Part shown: piece after piece, positions 1-8,834 of the stretch
Position numbering within the stretch: position 1 is the first letter of the stretch
Layout: every line of letters starts with the position of its first letter
Origin: an uncultured Candidatus Saccharibacteria bacterium
GTDB taxonomy: Bacteria > Patescibacteriota > Minisyncoccia > UBA6257 > 2-01-FULL-56-20
Length of the DNA: 64,000 bases
Direction: 5' to 3'
NCBI GenBank assembly: GCA_964374065.1
Contig: CAYJWW010000002.1
Coordinates: 4,153-68,152 of the forward strand
Program-made: the position numbers and the translations under genes
The notes under the pieces: generated by a model
Told to the model about the DNA's origin: nothing
Database searches by the model: none
What the model saw: the letters and a program-made list of their open reading frames with translations, nothing else

Positions 1-83
1 CCCACAAGAAACGCCTGAAATCCCTTCCGTTCAAGCGTCTGCGCGATCATACCAACCTCGCTGGGAATGTCGGTCGGTTTCAT
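1..83 (-). CDS. tRNA nucleotidyltransferase (CCA-adding) / poly(A) polymerase family, 5' end only; the gene runs off the window start
   Basis: Minus-strand ATG at 83..81. Translation MKPTDIPSEVGMIAQTLERKGFQAFLVG resembles the conserved N-terminus of CCA-adding enzymes (xAYLVGG motif). Confidence 0.45.
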   Translation of the reverse strand, partial: MKPTDIPSEVGMIAQTLERKGFQAFLV

Positions 84-93
84 CAGAAATACA

Positions 94-2064
94 CTACCGA
101 ACCTCCGCTTTGAACTTCCGTCGAAGCAAGATAACGATTTTCTCCATTTCGCGGTTCACCTCCGCATCCGTGAGCGTCCGGTCCGGCGACTGAAAGACGA
201 TACGGAACGTCAGGCTTTGTTTGCCGCCGAGTTTCGGATCGTCATATTCGTCTATGAGATCAACGTCCGCGATGATCCGCGGACTGGCCCCTTCGACCGC
301 TTGGGATACGTCGCCGATCGGAACCTGCGCTCCGATCAAGACCGAAAGATCGCGGATCACGGCGGGGTACTTCGGCAACGGCGCGAAGAGCCGTTCTTCT
401 CCGATCTTTCTCAACACCGTATCCAAGCTCAACTCCGCGCTCACCGCACTCCACCCTTTTTCAAGCACATGGGGACGAAGCGTGCCAAGCACATCATGAT
501 CCGCCTCGAGGCGGAGCGCGTCTCCGCCGACGTACACCGCCCGCGGAACAATGCCGAAACTTTGGAGTAATGAATCGCAAACTCCTTTGAGTTCGCGGAC
601 CTGCGGTTTCCCTCTCCCCGCTAACACTATGCCGACCCGGTTTTCTTCCTTTACGCCCTCTCCCGCATGAGAAAATGCCCTGCCTATTTCGAATATCCTG
701 ACTTGGTCCGCAAATCGAATATTATCCCGTACCGCCTGCAGAAGCCCCTGCTCAAGATCCGAGCGCAGCACTTCGAATTCGGCGCTTAGCGGGTTTTCGA
801 GCTCAACGACCGCGCGCTTGCCTGATGCGCGCGGCACAAAGGAATGGAGCACCACCTCGTCAAACCGGAGGCTCTGAAGGTGTGATCGGGTGCGGCTCTT
901 GAGGACGACTGAGTCCTCCTCCGTTGCCGTTCTCATCGATATAAGCGGGGGTTCCGCCTTGAGTCGCTGATATCCGCGCAGGCGCGCAATTTCTTCGGCA
1001 AGATCTTCGAAGCGTTCGATGTCGTTCCGCCACGCAGGAACGCGCACAAGAAAAGTTCCGTTCGGACCGGTCGGATTCTTGCCGCGTGAGATAGAAAATC
1101 CAAGAGCCCGGAACACGCGTTTTGCTTCCGCATCGCCTACCGGAATTCCGATGAGCGACTCATACCGACGAAGATCAAACGCGATCATTCCATCTTTCTG
1201 CGGCGCAGGATCCGAATCGGCCGAATCCATAAGCGTTGCGCCGGCTTTTTGAAGAAGCGCCGCGGCCCGATCCGCTCCCCAGTCCACGAGCGCGGGACTT
1301 ATGCCGTGGCTGAACCGGAGCGCCGCGTCGGTCGGAAGTTTTAGTCTCCGGCTTGTCCTATATATGGAAGCGGCGTCGAAATTCGCGGCCTCGACGATGA
1401 TGCGCTTCGTATTCCGAGAAACTCCGGCATAGGCGCCGCCCTTCACGCCTGCGATAGCCAATGCCCGCCGGGCATCGGCAATGACGAGCATGTCCGGATC
1501 AAGCTCGAATCGCTGCCCGTCGAGTGTTTCGATGCGCTCCCCTTTCCTGGCCTTACGAACGATGATCTCTTTTGTGGCGCGCCCATTGTCCTTTGCTGCC
1601 ACCTTGTCAACGTCAAACACGTGGAGCGGCTGCCCCGTCTCCAGCATCACATAGTTCATAATGTCGACGAGCCCGTGTATGGGGCGTATCCCGCAGCTTT
1701 TTAGGACATTCTGCATCCAGAGCGGTGCGGCCGCACGCCGGTTCAGCTCGAAATATCTTGCGTTATATCGCGGGCACACCTTCCGGCTTTGGATTGAAAT
1801 GGCCAGTAATCCTTTATTTGAAGGCGGGTTAATGATCGTCCGAACGGGCGACGTAAAAGATAACCGCACGATCGCTGCGGCTTCGCGCGCAATGCCGATA
1901 TGGGAAGCCGCATCCGAATACCGATTCGACGGCAATGACACCTCGATCGTATCGCCCTTCGCGTCTTCCGCCTCGAACGAGTGAAGGTTCAGCGCCTCGA
2001 TGAGTTTTGCTTTTGCCGGAGATTTCGGCAGCAACCGTTTGATGAGTGAGTGAGAAAACTTCAT
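94..2064 (-). CDS. pheT: phenylalanine--tRNA ligase beta subunit (short form)
   Basis: 656-aa ORF with B3/4 and B5 regions and a C-terminal anticodon-binding-like domain. It lies immediately downstream of pheS in the usual pheST order. Confidence 0.85.
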   Translation of the reverse strand: MKFSHSLIKRLLPKSPAKAKLIEALNLHSFEAEDAKGDTIEVSLPSNRYSDAASHIGIAREAAAIVRLSFTSPVRTIINPPSNKGLLAISIQSRKVCPRYNARYFELNRRAAAPLWMQNVLKSCGIRPIHGLVDIMNYVMLETGQPLHVFDVDKVAAKDNGRATKEIIVRKARKGERIETLDGQRFELDPDMLVIADARRALAIAGVKGGAYAGVSRNTKRIIVEAANFDAASIYRTSRRLKLPTDAALRFSHGISPALVDWGADRAAALLQKAGATLMDSADSDPAPQKDGMIAFDLRRYESLIGIPVGDAEAKRVFRALGFSISRGKNPTGPNGTFLVRVPAWRNDIERFEDLAEEIARLRGYQRLKAEPPLISMRTATEEDSVVLKSRTRSHLQSLRFDEVVLHSFVPRASGKRAVVELENPLSAEFEVLRSDLEQGLLQAVRDNIRFADQVRIFEIGRAFSHAGEGVKEENRVGIVLAGRGKPQVRELKGVCDSLLQSFGIVPRAVYVGGDALRLEADHDVLGTLRPHVLEKGWSAVSAELSLDTVLRKIGEERLFAPLPKYPAVIRDLSVLIGAQVPIGDVSQAVEGASPRIIADVDLIDEYDDPKLGGKQSLTFRIVFQSPDRTLTDAEVNREMEKIVILLRRKFKAEVR

Positions 2065-2069
2065 ACGAT

Positions 2070-2666
2070 TTACCTTCTTGGATCATTCCTTTTTCGGAAC
2101 ATTGCATAATAGGCGTCGGGTGAAGCCTCCGCATCCCGACCTCCGTATCGTGCGTGCATATCCGCGAACGCCTTTTCCGGATGGTTTATTACTGCCTCGA
2201 GCACAAGCGGCGATCCTTCACAATCTTTGCGGACATCCTCGAATGGAACGGGGTCGGGGAAGGTTTCCCCGATGACGAGCTGTCCTTCTTCTTTCAATAC
2301 GCGACTCGCTTCGCGCAGCAGTTTGCGCCTTGTTTCGAAATTCATCTTCGGATCGTCGAGCACATTCCCGAAATACATCTCATCCGCCGAGGCGTCATCG
2401 AGCGGCAAAGTTTCTCCGCTTCCCTGGACCATGAACCTCTTCCCGGTTTCTCCGGGCCGTTGCGCCCGTTTTTCCATGATACGCTTCGCCATCCACGCCG
2501 CATCCCGATCCGGCTCGATACCGATATAGATATCGTTTTCCCCAAGCCCCCTCTCTCCGACGGCCGGCACCGGCGATGTATGCGTGCCGACTTCGACAAA
2601 GACCCGTTTCGGCCCGCGTGTTTCGCGCGCTTCACCGCGTCCCAATTGTTCCGATTCTCCTTTCAT
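2070..2666 (-). CDS. hypothetical protein with degenerate class I SAM-methyltransferase-like motifs
   Basis: 198-aa ORF packed between pheS and pheT with 4-nt gaps. Weak MTase-like motif (VEVGTHTS ... IGIEPD). Confidence 0.4.
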   Translation of the reverse strand: MKGESEQLGRGEARETRGPKRVFVEVGTHTSPVPAVGERGLGENDIYIGIEPDRDAAWMAKRIMEKRAQRPGETGKRFMVQGSGETLPLDDASADEMYFGNVLDDPKMNFETRRKLLREASRVLKEEGQLVIGETFPDPVPFEDVRKDCEGSPLVLEAVINHPEKAFADMHARYGGRDAEASPDAYYAMFRKRNDPRR

Positions 2667-2667
2667 T

Positions 2668-3654
2668 TTAAAACTGTTTTGTGACCCGAAGATCTCCCGA
2701 GTAGAACAGCCTGATGTCCGGGATCTGATACTTCACCATCGCGAGGCGGTCGACTCCCATGCCGAACGCAAATCCCCGCCAGTCATTCGGGTTATAATGC
2801 GCGTACTCGAATACCCGCGGATGCACCATGCCCGCCCCCATCATCTCGAGCCATCTGCCGCCGTGTTTTACATCCACCTCGAGCCCCGGTTCGACGAACG
2901 GGAAATAACTCGGGCGGTATCGGAACTCGATCTTCTTCCCGGAAAAGAACTTCCTGAAAAACTCCTCGATTACGAACTTGAAATTCGCGAGCGTAATACT
3001 TTTTCCGACCATCAGCCCTTCAAGATTCACGAAATGCACTTCATGGGTTGCGTCGGTGGCCTCGTAGCGCGATACGCGCCCCGGAACGATGATTTGGAAC
3101 GGGGGCTCGTGCGCTTCCATGTAGCGAACCTGCACCGGACTCGTGTGGGTACGCAGGAGCAGCCGCTTTTTCGAATCAAGACCCGGTTTCTGTTTGACCC
3201 AGAATGTATCCCACATGTCGCGCGCCGGGTGGTTCGGGGGAAGGTTTAACGCGTCAAAATTATAGTATTCTGATTCCACTTCCGGCCCCTCGACGACCGA
3301 AAAATTCATCCCGAGGAAGATCTTCCTTATTTCCTCTTCAACGCGGGTAAGCGGATGCAGGTGCCCGCGTTCCGGGCGTTTACCGGGCGCCGTCACATCG
3401 ACGGACCGGCGGGTTTGTTGCGTGAAGCTCGATAATCTTTTCTCCAGGAGCGCCTCGAGCTCGCGCCTTAATCCTTGCGCTTTCGGGCCAAGTACCCTGC
3501 GCTTCTCAAGCGGAAGATCCTTAAGAGACTGGAGAATATCCGTGATCGGCCCTTTTCTTCCCAAATACGCTATGCGAGCCGCTTCGAGCGCGCGGGCGTC
3601 CCTGGCGTTCCCAATTTCTTCGATTGCTCGTGTGCGGATCGCGTCGAGGTCCAT
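2668..3654 (-). CDS. pheS: phenylalanine--tRNA ligase alpha subunit
   Basis: 328 aa with class II aaRS motifs (FRxE-like ... GxGxGxxR region) and typical PheS size. Confidence 0.9.
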   Translation of the reverse strand: MDLDAIRTRAIEEIGNARDARALEAARIAYLGRKGPITDILQSLKDLPLEKRRVLGPKAQGLRRELEALLEKRLSSFTQQTRRSVDVTAPGKRPERGHLHPLTRVEEEIRKIFLGMNFSVVEGPEVESEYYNFDALNLPPNHPARDMWDTFWVKQKPGLDSKKRLLLRTHTSPVQVRYMEAHEPPFQIIVPGRVSRYEATDATHEVHFVNLEGLMVGKSITLANFKFVIEEFFRKFFSGKKIEFRYRPSYFPFVEPGLEVDVKHGGRWLEMMGAGMVHPRVFEYAHYNPNDWRGFAFGMGVDRLAMVKYQIPDIRLFYSGDLRVTKQF

Positions 3655-3688
3655 AACGACCCAATAGTAGCAATAGAACGCGATTTGG

Positions 3689-5245
3689 TTAAGTACCGCA
3701 GCCGGAGCCGATCTTTACCTGCGGAAGCAGCCCGAGCTCTTGTAACGGTTTGTTCACGTTCGTATACCACCCCGTAACGCTCGAGAGGTCCTTGTGTAAC
3801 ACCGACTTCGCATCAACGTCTTTCCAATCAATGCCTTTTACCGCCTTGAAATAAACGCCTAATTGCGCGTAGTTCGTCGGGAACCAGAACGAATTGAAGG
3901 CGAGCGCCTCGCGATAGAGGTCTTCCTCCGTGAGCCCCTGGGCTGCGCCCAAAGCAAAGAGGCCCAAGAGCGCGGAGCCGTGATTGCAATCCTGGAAGAA
4001 CGTTGAGTTATTGCAGCATGGCCGATAGACGTTTTCGGCGACCCGTATGACCATCGCTTCCTGCTCCGGAGTCAAGGATACGATCGGGAACTTATTGAAA
4101 TACTCGCCGCCGTTTTTCTCCTTGCCAAGATTCCATCCGCCTGTCGACGCGAACCGGAAGAGGAATTCGCCGACGATGGGGCTTTTCTTGTTGCCTTCCA
4201 GATAATTGGCGAGTCCCAGAGGCCACAGGAGATTCACATAATGGCTCGCGTTTTCCCGCGTGAGAAGTATCGGCGCGTCGGAAGCCTTGTCGAGCACGTC
4301 CGCGAGCCCCCCGGGCAGGCCGCCGCGGTTCGCATAGAGCGCGGCGAATTTTTCCCGATCGATCACCCCTAGATCCGCAAGCTTCACAATGCTATCCTTA
4401 AGCGCAACCTTGCTTTGAAAGCCTTCTTCGGGAAGCACCTTCGCAGTAACGTCGTCCACAAGCTGATTTCCGGTTTTCGTCACGTGAACCCCGTACAGCG
4501 CATTATCGTCCGGATTCACAAGCGCGCTGCCCCCGGACGCTGCGCCGATGACCGGTTCATCGCGAAGCTTGTCCCATATAAGCACCGAGAAGAGGATCGC
4601 GAGCGCGCCGAGCACGAGGAGCCACGGCCTCTCTGCCCGCTTCAGAGAATGGTCCATCGGCGCGGGGCACGTGCCGTTCTTGCAGTCTTTTTCAAGCTTA
4701 TGCACTTCTCTTCGCATCATCCAGACCGGCAATGCCATGAGCGCAAATGAAACCGCTTTGAGTTCTAGCCCTTGGAACGGAAATGCCGCAACGCCTCCGG
4801 CTATGCCCACCGCGGAAAGTACCGTAGAACCGCACGCGGGACATGCGGAAGCGAACATGCCCATCAGGGTGCCGGCCCCGGAAGACGCCTGCCCGCGAAG
4901 TCTCAGGCGGGGAAACCCGAATTTTCTTATCCGATACGTAAATAATGCGACGTTCACGCCGAAGAGAACGACCGTCCCAAGCGTGAGCGCGACATACGGC
5001 CAGAAGTAGAGAGACGCCCCGTAAGTTTTCAATATAAGGCTCGTAATGGAGGAATCAATAAGAAGCATCCAGTAGAGGGCAAGGGAGAATGCGAGCGATG
5101 CGGCGATGCCGAGGAGCCAATAGAATGCCTGCGTGGAAACATCTGCCGCCCCGCCGATCTTCCCCGAAACCGCGCGCCGGATACGATGCGCCGAACTCTT
5201 CAATCGGCGAACATGCCGAATTGCGTGCTCACGGATCGCTTTCAT
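3689..5245 (-). CDS. polytopic membrane protein with CxxC motifs and a large extracytoplasmic C-terminal domain (hypothetical)
   Basis: 518 aa with an N-terminal multi-TM region containing CPACG, and a C-terminal soluble domain with a CC...C pair. No confident family assignment. Confidence 0.45.
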   Translation of the reverse strand: MKAIREHAIRHVRRLKSSAHRIRRAVSGKIGGAADVSTQAFYWLLGIAASLAFSLALYWMLLIDSSITSLILKTYGASLYFWPYVALTLGTVVLFGVNVALFTYRIRKFGFPRLRLRGQASSGAGTLMGMFASACPACGSTVLSAVGIAGGVAAFPFQGLELKAVSFALMALPVWMMRREVHKLEKDCKNGTCPAPMDHSLKRAERPWLLVLGALAILFSVLIWDKLRDEPVIGAASGGSALVNPDDNALYGVHVTKTGNQLVDDVTAKVLPEEGFQSKVALKDSIVKLADLGVIDREKFAALYANRGGLPGGLADVLDKASDAPILLTRENASHYVNLLWPLGLANYLEGNKKSPIVGEFLFRFASTGGWNLGKEKNGGEYFNKFPIVSLTPEQEAMVIRVAENVYRPCCNNSTFFQDCNHGSALLGLFALGAAQGLTEEDLYREALAFNSFWFPTNYAQLGVYFKAVKGIDWKDVDAKSVLHKDLSSVTGWYTNVNKPLQELGLLPQVKIGSGCGT

Positions 5246-6195
5246 ACAACCTTAGTGCCGCTCAAAAATCTCATTTTGACCCATCGGAGAAGCCGCCATG
5301 CGACCCATGCAAGGAGGCCGAGCCCGAGGAGCCACAGCGCGAGGACAGGGAGGAAGAAAACGAACGCGATCAACGTGTCGACGAAGTTCACAAGCCCCAG
5401 CACGAGATTATGGAACGCTCTCTTGATCTCTTGGATTGGCCGCCAGCTGATCCCGAGCAATTCGATGTCCGCTTCGGCGGTGAGCGTGGCGGTAATCGAG
5501 GCCATGTCGATCTGGCGGGAAAGGTACTGCAGCTGCCCCTGAGTCCGTTCGATATTCCCCCGGACGATGCCGAGTTGCTGCGCGACCTGAAGCGTTTCCG
5601 AAACGTTCGTCGCGCGCTTCATAATATCAAGATACTGCTCCTCCTCGGCCCGGTAATTCCGGAGCTGCGCATCAAGATCGACATACTGTTCGGTCACATC
5701 TTGGGAGTTCACGCGTTCCGCCTCCACTTTTGTAGCGACCACCTTCACGTCGGCGAACGCGGCATCGAATTTTTCTGCGGGAACCCGGATCGTCACGACG
5801 CCGGTCTTCATTCCGGCGCCGTTCTCGTACACCCGTGCGCCTTCCACGAATCCGCCGTGGCGCTTGGCGATATCCTGCACCGCCTGTGCGGCGTCCTCGG
5901 CTTTGTCTACGATGAGATCGAGCGAGCCGTTCTTGATCACCTTCCGATCGGAAACAGTTTGATCCTGCGCCGGCGGCAACGGAGATTCGTCCGCGGCGCG
6001 ATACTTAAAATCCGCGGGCGCGGAGGGCGCAAACAAGGCGCCCGGGAGCGCCCTATCTACGCCGCGCTCATACGCCGGCGCGCCGTAATATGCCCGCTCA
6101 CTCCAACTGTTAAAAAGATTGGCGCCGACAAAGACGATCGCAAGCACCCCGATAACCGCTAACGCATACAATACGAATTTTCGAATGTGTTCCAT
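5242..6195 (-). CDS. membrane-anchored hypothetical protein (DUF4349-like architecture)
   Basis: 317 aa with an N-terminal TM helix, a central coiled/soluble domain and two C-terminal TM helices. The 4-nt overlap with the previous gene suggests co-transcription. Confidence 0.45.
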   Translation of the reverse strand: MEHIRKFVLYALAVIGVLAIVFVGANLFNSWSERAYYGAPAYERGVDRALPGALFAPSAPADFKYRAADESPLPPAQDQTVSDRKVIKNGSLDLIVDKAEDAAQAVQDIAKRHGGFVEGARVYENGAGMKTGVVTIRVPAEKFDAAFADVKVVATKVEAERVNSQDVTEQYVDLDAQLRNYRAEEEQYLDIMKRATNVSETLQVAQQLGIVRGNIERTQGQLQYLSRQIDMASITATLTAEADIELLGISWRPIQEIKRAFHNLVLGLVNFVDTLIAFVFFLPVLALWLLGLGLLAWVAWRLLRWVKMRFLSGTKVV

Positions 6196-6216
6196 ACAGT
6201 AAGTTTAGCACATGAG

Positions 6217-6289
6217 TGCCAGGGGTGGGATTCGAACCCACAAGCCGTCGCCTTATGAAAGCGCTGCTCCACCATTGAGCTACCCTGGC
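6217..6289 (-). tRNA. tRNA-Met or Ile2 (anticodon CAU); CCA not encoded
   Basis: Hand-folded cloverleaf: acceptor GCCAGGG/CCCTGGC, D-stem GCTC/GAGC, anticodon loop TTCATAA, T-arm GTGGG-TTCGAAT-CCCAC. One G.A mismatch at positions 27:43. Confidence 0.8.
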
Positions 6290-6329
6290 ATGGGCTTGAA
6301 CACAATATTTTTATCAGTAAAAAAGTTTT

Positions 6330-6357
6330 TTGACAATGCGCGTTTGCGCCTTATAAT
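6330..6357 (+). promoter_or_regulatory. sigma70-type promoter (TTGACA, 16-nt spacer, TATAAT)
   Basis: Exact consensus -35 TTGACA at 6330-6335 and exact -10 TATAAT at 6352-6357. An AT-rich UP-like tract (aaaaagttttt) lies upstream. Confidence 0.5.
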
Positions 6358-6666
6358 TACCCTTGCTGCGATACAGCTGATACGCGGGAGGGTGTGGGAA
6401 TGGTTTTCCTGGGAGCCCCATAAGCTCCTGAAGCCGGTTCGATTCCGGCCCCCGCAAAATGTTTCAGCTTTTGTTTTCTGAGAACCGCTGTCGAATCGCT
6501 TCCGGTAAGCGATTCGCAGCTGCATCCCGGAGCGAAAATCCGCCTATGACGGAACCGAGCTTTTTGCTCCTCCGATAGCTTCTCGGAAAATAAAAGCTTC
6601 CGCGAATGGTGATCCCTTAGATTTGTGCTACACTGCGGCCAGTCTCCTTGACTACTCCTACACAAT

Positions 6667-7047
6667 GTGGAGGTACCGCCCGTGGAAACACCGCTTACCC
6701 AAGATGAGTACACAGTGCTCCTTGGAGCCGACGCGACAAACGAAGCCAGATTCGGGTGTGGGGAGAACGGCGTATGGTCCCACCGGGGGTGCGGAATATC
6801 TGCGCAGTTCACCGAAGTTGCCCACCCTATCTGGGACGGACCCTTTGACGAAGGGGGCCGCGGCAGCTGCGACTATCGCCGTATCCCGTGGTGTCCGAAG
6901 TGCGACGAGCGACGGCCGGATTACGAGTCCGGGAAACCCGTTCGCGTGCCGCTGTTTCCCGGCCAACCGGCCGAGATCCTGCCGCGGCTCGCCGAGCGTC
7001 TCCGTGCGAACCTATTCACCGCTCGCGCTACGCTACTGAAGGCGTAA
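6667..7047 (+). CDS. small Cys-rich hypothetical protein (possible zinc-ribbon)
   Basis: 126-aa ORF with coding-like codon usage and motifs C-x10-C ... C-x9-CPKC. It is followed by a hairpin and preceded by a ~300-nt leader from the 6330 promoter. Confidence 0.4.
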   Translation: MEVPPVETPLTQDEYTVLLGADATNEARFGCGENGVWSHRGCGISAQFTEVAHPIWDGPFDEGGRGSCDYRRIPWCPKCDERRPDYESGKPVRVPLFPGQPAEILPRLAERLRANLFTARATLLKA

Positions 7048-7077
7048 CGGTGGCTCCCCTCCCTCGAGAGCACAGCC

Positions 7078-7101
7078 GGGTAGGCGAAATACCGCCTACC
7101 C
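7078..7101 (+). terminator. stem-loop; possible weak intrinsic terminator
   Basis: Perfect 9-bp stem GGGTAGGCG/CGCCTACCC with a 6-nt loop. The T-run occurs only about 16 nt downstream, so the call is weak. Confidence 0.3.
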
Positions 7102-7192
7102 GCTCACTTAAGATCAGTTTTTGCAACCGAGAAGTGATTTTAAGCGAGCTGCCTTTTATTTTCATCCATTCGTTCCTATAGTTAAGGCATTC

Positions 7193-8497
7193 ATGAAAAT
7201 CGCCATTCTTGGTTTCGGCAAAGAAGGACAATCGGTGCTTCGATTTCTAAAAAAGCAGCCGCGATATAAGAGCGCCGAATTCTGGGCGCTCGACAAAAGC
7301 GCGAGGATACAAACCCCTCGCGGCGTAAAGCGGCAAGTCGGAGCGCAATACCTCAAGAACCTTGAGCGGTTCGATCTCGTGTTCCGATCGCCGGGCGTCC
7401 CGTATAATCTTCCGGAGCTCCGGAGGGCGCGGAGGGACGGCGTTCCGATCTCGAGCGCGACAAAACTGTTTTTCGACGCTACGAAAAACCGGACGAAGAA
7501 CGTTATCGGCATCACCGGGAGCAAGGGGAAAACGACGACCGCAACGCTCCTGTATCAAATTCTCAAGGCCGCGAAGAAAGAAGTCTTTCTCGTGGGGAAT
7601 ATCGGCACACCGATGCTTGATGTCCTCCCGCGCCTCACCCGAAATTCATGGGTGGTGCTTGAGCTCTCCAGTTTCCAGCTCCAAGATCTTACATCCTCTC
7701 CTCGCATCGCGGTCATGCTCGAAATTTTTCCGGAGCACCTCGATATGAAAGGCGGCCACGGCGGTCATCAAAATCTCAAAGAATACTATGCGGCGAAGGC
7801 AAATTTAGTGCGCCATCAGAGGAGAGGCAACCTTGTTTTCTATCTTGCCCACAACCCTGAGACAAAACGCCTCGCCGTATTCGGCCATGGAAAGAAAATC
7901 CCTGTGGGCGAAATCGGATTCACGCTTTTCAGGGAAAAAGATCTTCGGATACCAGGGGTCCATTCATTCAGGAATGCGGTTGCGGCGGCAACGGTGGCTC
8001 GACACCTCGGCGTCCCGGCGCGAACCATTAAAGAAACGGCGCTGCGATTTCGGGGCGTCGAACACCGCCTCGAATTTGTGCGCCGGATAAGCGGGGTTGA
8101 GTTCTATAACGACTCCATCGCCACAAACCCCCATGCCGCCGCCGCGGCAGTCCAAGCGTTTCCCGAGCGCCCGCTAATCCTCATCGCCGGCGGTTACGAC
8201 AAAAACTTGAGCTACACGCCACTCGCCAGGGCGATTAAAAAATCAAAAACGCGGCTCGTCGTTCTCTTCGGTGAGAATATGGAAAAGATCCGAAAGGCCG
8301 TTCAAAATTCCGGCGCTTCGGTTCGCATGGCGATAAACCTCGTTCAGGCGACACGAATTGCCTATCGGTCCGCCAAGTCGCTCGGGACTCGCCTCCCCGT
8401 TATAGTAGTGCTCTCCCCCGGCGCCGCGAGCTTTGATATGTTCCGCGGATACGCGGACCGGGGAGACCGATTCAAAAATCTCGTGAAATCGCTATAA
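7193..8497 (+). CDS. murD: UDP-N-acetylmuramoyl-L-alanine--D-glutamate ligase
   Basis: Mur ligase P-loop GITGSKGKTTT and MurD-like N-terminus MKIAILGFGKEG; 434 aa. Confidence 0.8.
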   Translation: MKIAILGFGKEGQSVLRFLKKQPRYKSAEFWALDKSARIQTPRGVKRQVGAQYLKNLERFDLVFRSPGVPYNLPELRRARRDGVPISSATKLFFDATKNRTKNVIGITGSKGKTTTATLLYQILKAAKKEVFLVGNIGTPMLDVLPRLTRNSWVVLELSSFQLQDLTSSPRIAVMLEIFPEHLDMKGGHGGHQNLKEYYAAKANLVRHQRRGNLVFYLAHNPETKRLAVFGHGKKIPVGEIGFTLFREKDLRIPGVHSFRNAVAAATVARHLGVPARTIKETALRFRGVEHRLEFVRRISGVEFYNDSIATNPHAAAAAVQAFPERPLILIAGGYDKNLSYTPLARAIKKSKTRLVVLFGENMEKIRKAVQNSGASVRMAINLVQATRIAYRSAKSLGTRLPVIVVLSPGAASFDMFRGYADRGDRFKNLVKSL

Positions 8498-8508
8498 TAA
8501 TCGAATCC

Positions 8509-8829
8509 ATGGCCTCTCCCATAAATAAGGAAACGCTCGAGCATCTCGCGAAACTCGCGCGGATCGAACTCGACACGAGGGAAGAAGAAAAATTCCTCAA
8601 GGATCTCGGGGAAATCCTTGGGTATTTCGAGGACTTGAAATCGGTTGGGGAGGAAACGGCCTCCGCCGTTCCGGAATCCCAACTTAAGAACGCCTTCCGC
8701 GAGGATGACGAACCTCAGGGCACGCTCCGTGGGGCGGGAACCGATGCATTCCCCGACAAAAAAGACGGGTTCTTGAAGGTCCCTCCCGTGTTCTCCGCCG
8801 AAGGCGGGTCCGCCTCTGGCGGAGAATAA
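8509..8829 (+). CDS. gatC: Asp/Glu-tRNA amidotransferase subunit C
   Basis: 106 aa; LAKLARIELDTREEEKFLKDLGEILGYFEDL is a GatC signature. Immediately upstream of gatA. Confidence 0.8.
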   Translation: MASPINKETLEHLAKLARIELDTREEEKFLKDLGEILGYFEDLKSVGEETASAVPESQLKNAFREDDEPQGTLRGAGTDAFPDKKDGFLKVPPVFSAEGGSASGGE

Positions 8830-8834
8830 TCATC

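Noticed and set aside
5089-6162. 357-aa plus-strand ORF
   Set aside because: It is fully antisense to the better-supported minus-strand DUF4349-like gene (5242-6195). The protein is Arg/His/Glu-rich and low-complexity, typical of a high-GC antisense artefact.
6428-6460. tmRNA or tRNA gene suggested by a perfect T-arm (GCCGG-TTCGATT-CCGGC) plus a CCCCGCA acceptor-like strand
   Set aside because: No complementary 5' acceptor strand (TGCGGGG) or D/anticodon arms could be found within tRNA or tmRNA distances. It is kept only as part of the structured-leader finding.
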